Shown: piece after piece, positions 61,630 to 64,000 of the stretch
Position numbering within the stretch: the first letter of the stretch is position 1
Layout of the letters: each line of letters begins with the position of its first letter
NCBI RefSeq assembly: GCF_006345805.1
Contig: NC_043011.1
Coordinates: forward strand, 67,468,464 to 67,532,463
Length of the DNA stretch: 64,000 nt
Source: Octopus sinensis
Lineage: Eukaryota
Direction of reading: 5' to 3'
Position numbers and translations under genes: made by a program
The notes under the pieces: generated by a model
The model's input: only the letters and a program-made list of their open reading frames with translations
Told to the model about the DNA's origin: nothing
Databases searched by the model: none

Positions 61630-61712
61630 GTTTACGAAAAAACAAAAGACGAAGACAGGTGGTGTACAAAACAAACAAATGTATTAGTTCAACGCTCAGG
61701 AATAGAAAAAGT

Positions 61713-61748
61713 CTTTTACGTTTCGAACTTATGCTCTTCTACAGAAAG
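61713..61748 (-). ncRNA. Minimal hammerhead-like motif, variant core CUGUAGA
   Basis: CTTT-CTGTAGA-A-GAGC(ataa)GTTC-GAAAC-GTA-AAAG on the minus strand; downstream sequence homologous to 13320-13360. Confidence 0.5.
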
Positions 61749-62070
61749 GGACACAGAAAAAAACAAGGAGAAAAAATGTGTATGGTGGCTAACGATCTAT
61801 CATGGCGACTAGTAATATATATAAATATATATATATATACATGTATATATAAATATATATATATAAATACATATATATATACTGATGTATATGTATAGAT
61901 GTATTTCTATAGATATACATGTATATGTAAACATGTATGTCTAGATGTATATATAGATGTACATGTAATATGTACACATATATATACACATATATACATG
62001 CATACATATATACACCCATACACACATACCGATACACCCACCCACACACACACACGAACACACACACACA

Positions 62071-62180
62071 GGTGCAGGTGTGGCTGTGTGGTAACAAACT
62101 TGGTTCCAAAACACTTAGTCCTCAATTCAGTCCCACTGTGTGGTAACTTGGCATGTGTCTTCTGCTATAGCCTCAGACCA
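62071..62180 (+). mobile_element. SINE family A, 5' fragment
   Basis: GGTGCAGGTGTGGCTGTGTGGTAA..TTCAGTCCCACTGTGTGG..GTGTCTTCTGCTATAGCCTC. Confidence 0.8.
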
Positions 62181-62752
62181 ACCAGAGCTCGCTCTGGGCG
62201 ACTGTACACAGCTACCAGCCCACAGTCGACTCTATGGGGGTTGGGTTGAGAGGAAAGAATTTCCATTATATATTGAGAACTATAACGCGAAGGCAGCATA
62301 AAAACAACAACTCTTCCTCAATTGTTGGCAGATTTACCTACTCCGCATTGCGAGCAGTGCAACAAGAAGCGTCTTTGTCAAAGCAAATTAAATAAAATTT
62401 GAGATACGTGGAACGTCAAAGCTGCTAACAAAAACAGGACAGTGAAAGCATTCGGTAAGAGCTGTTTAACCCTAACGAGGTGAAGTGGTGAACGCTGGAG
62501 AAAAAAAGCTTTGTCAAGAGACCGACAAGAATGCGTCTTATAGTTATAAACTGAACGAGAAGAAAAAGAATTACATTCAGAAATAGAGATCTATAATTAT
62601 TGAGGACAGAATTTGAGTTAGAAATAGAGAACTGGCCAAAACCTTTCTAAGTTATTATATATATATATGGGAGTGAACGTGTCAATAAGAATTTCCACAA
62701 TTGTTAAGCATAATCTTAAAGATGCCATGGAAGCAAGATAAGTCAAGTAACC

Positions 62753-62885
62753 CTTTTTACTATAGACAGAAGGCCTGAAATATTAGTGGAGGGAGCAAGA
62801 CAATTATATCGACCCAAGTGCTCAACTGGTACTTATTTTATCGACCCCAAAACGATGAAAGGTAAAGTCAACCTCGACGGAAGAA
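62753..62885 (-). mobile_element. SINE family B, 3' fragment
   Basis: TTTTACTATAGACAGAAGGCCTGAAA..CAACTGGTACTTATTTTATCGACCCC..GATGAAAGGTAAAGTCAACCTCG matches 22483-22610. Confidence 0.75.
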
Positions 62886-63872
62886 ACGTCAAATAATAAC
62901 AAAATGCCATTATGGATTTCAAAACAGAAATAAAGACCATTGGCGTAGAGAAAATCATAAAATATTGGTGATGCATATAAATTGTAAATAAATAAATCGC
63001 TATACTTCTCAGTAACACAATATGAAAAATAAATATAAAAATAAACAAAAATTGAAACGTTTTGTTGTGAGGAAACTTGTTTAAGGGATATCAGTATACG
63101 CACCAACATCCTTTTAATAAGAGTAAAAATGCACCTGAAAGAAAAATGTCTTAAGAAATTCGGTCGCAATCAATCGGTAGTCTACGCAGAGGAATGAAAA
63201 GAGAGTAAATAAATTTCTTGAGAAAATTATGGAGAATGACCTTAACTCTGATGTGATATGTCTAAAAGAATTCCAAAGTAAGTAATGACATTGAATTACC
63301 TCAAAGGTATTCTGTCACTGCCAATAACTTGATAATGGTGGTATCCTTGAGACTATGATAATTCCAAAGGTGGTAATTTGGAGTAAGATAATAATCTACT
63401 ATAGAAATAGTTAACGAATTGAATTAACAGAATATCTGCCCAAGGAAAGGTTGGGAATCACTGGAGAAGTGAATATCCTCAACCACAGCAGTTTACTGCT
63501 GCTTTAATTTACACGCGTCGAAAGCTAGAAAGGCATAACTGATGTCAGCGGGAATTGAACTCAGAACCTAAAGGATATGGAATAAACATTGATTAATAAA
63601 CGACTCCAGTATTTGAATGCTACAATATATATATCGGGTGCAGAGAAATTGCGAGTGGTGGGGTGGATAGCTGCGCTGAGAGTTGAACTTAGAACGTAAG
63701 GGAGCATGCAGAACATCGTATCGCAGAGCAATAAAAAGCGAAAAAGCAGCAAACAATAAACAAACTCCGGCGCCAGGTTTTGCTGTTGCTTCCAATGATA
63801 TTACAGAATACAAGAGATACGGGACAAAATGTGTGTGTGTGTGTGTGTAATGACACACACACAAACACAAAT

Positions 63873-63905
<33 letters not shown>

Positions 63906-64000
63906 ATAAATTTTATGTGCTGAATTTTATTTTATTTGAGAACATAATCTTTGTGGAAATGGCGATTTGACGTCTATATCTAGCATGTTGACTGTCCACT

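Overview
Eukaryotic, non-genic or intronic DNA built almost entirely from transposable elements and simple repeats. The SINE families and the (TA)n/(TG)n/(TATG)n load look like an octopus (coleoid cephalopod) genome; this is my inference from repeat recognition, not a database result. No host protein-coding gene could be established, and nearly all ORF-track entries are microsatellite or satellite artefacts or antisense frames. Main contents: (1) a near-intact, apparently full-length CR1/L2-group LINE on the minus strand (13871-18507) whose ORF1 combines a Myb/SANT (trihelix)-like domain with two CCCH fingers; (2) a second truncated CR1-type LINE, an R4/Dong RT fragment, mariner remnants and MITEs; (3) at least three lineages of Penelope-like elements (PLEs); (4) many SINEs; (5) a 7.9-kb array of a 36-bp unit that looks like a shuffled SINE segment. 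The main hidden signal is a dense set of hammerhead-ribozyme motifs: about ten recognisable cores plus degenerate ones. Most have a palindromic helix III, each with a different sequence, and four sit as back-to-back pairs in two long fold-back palindromes (53902-54058, 54439-54898) next to (TA)n tracts.
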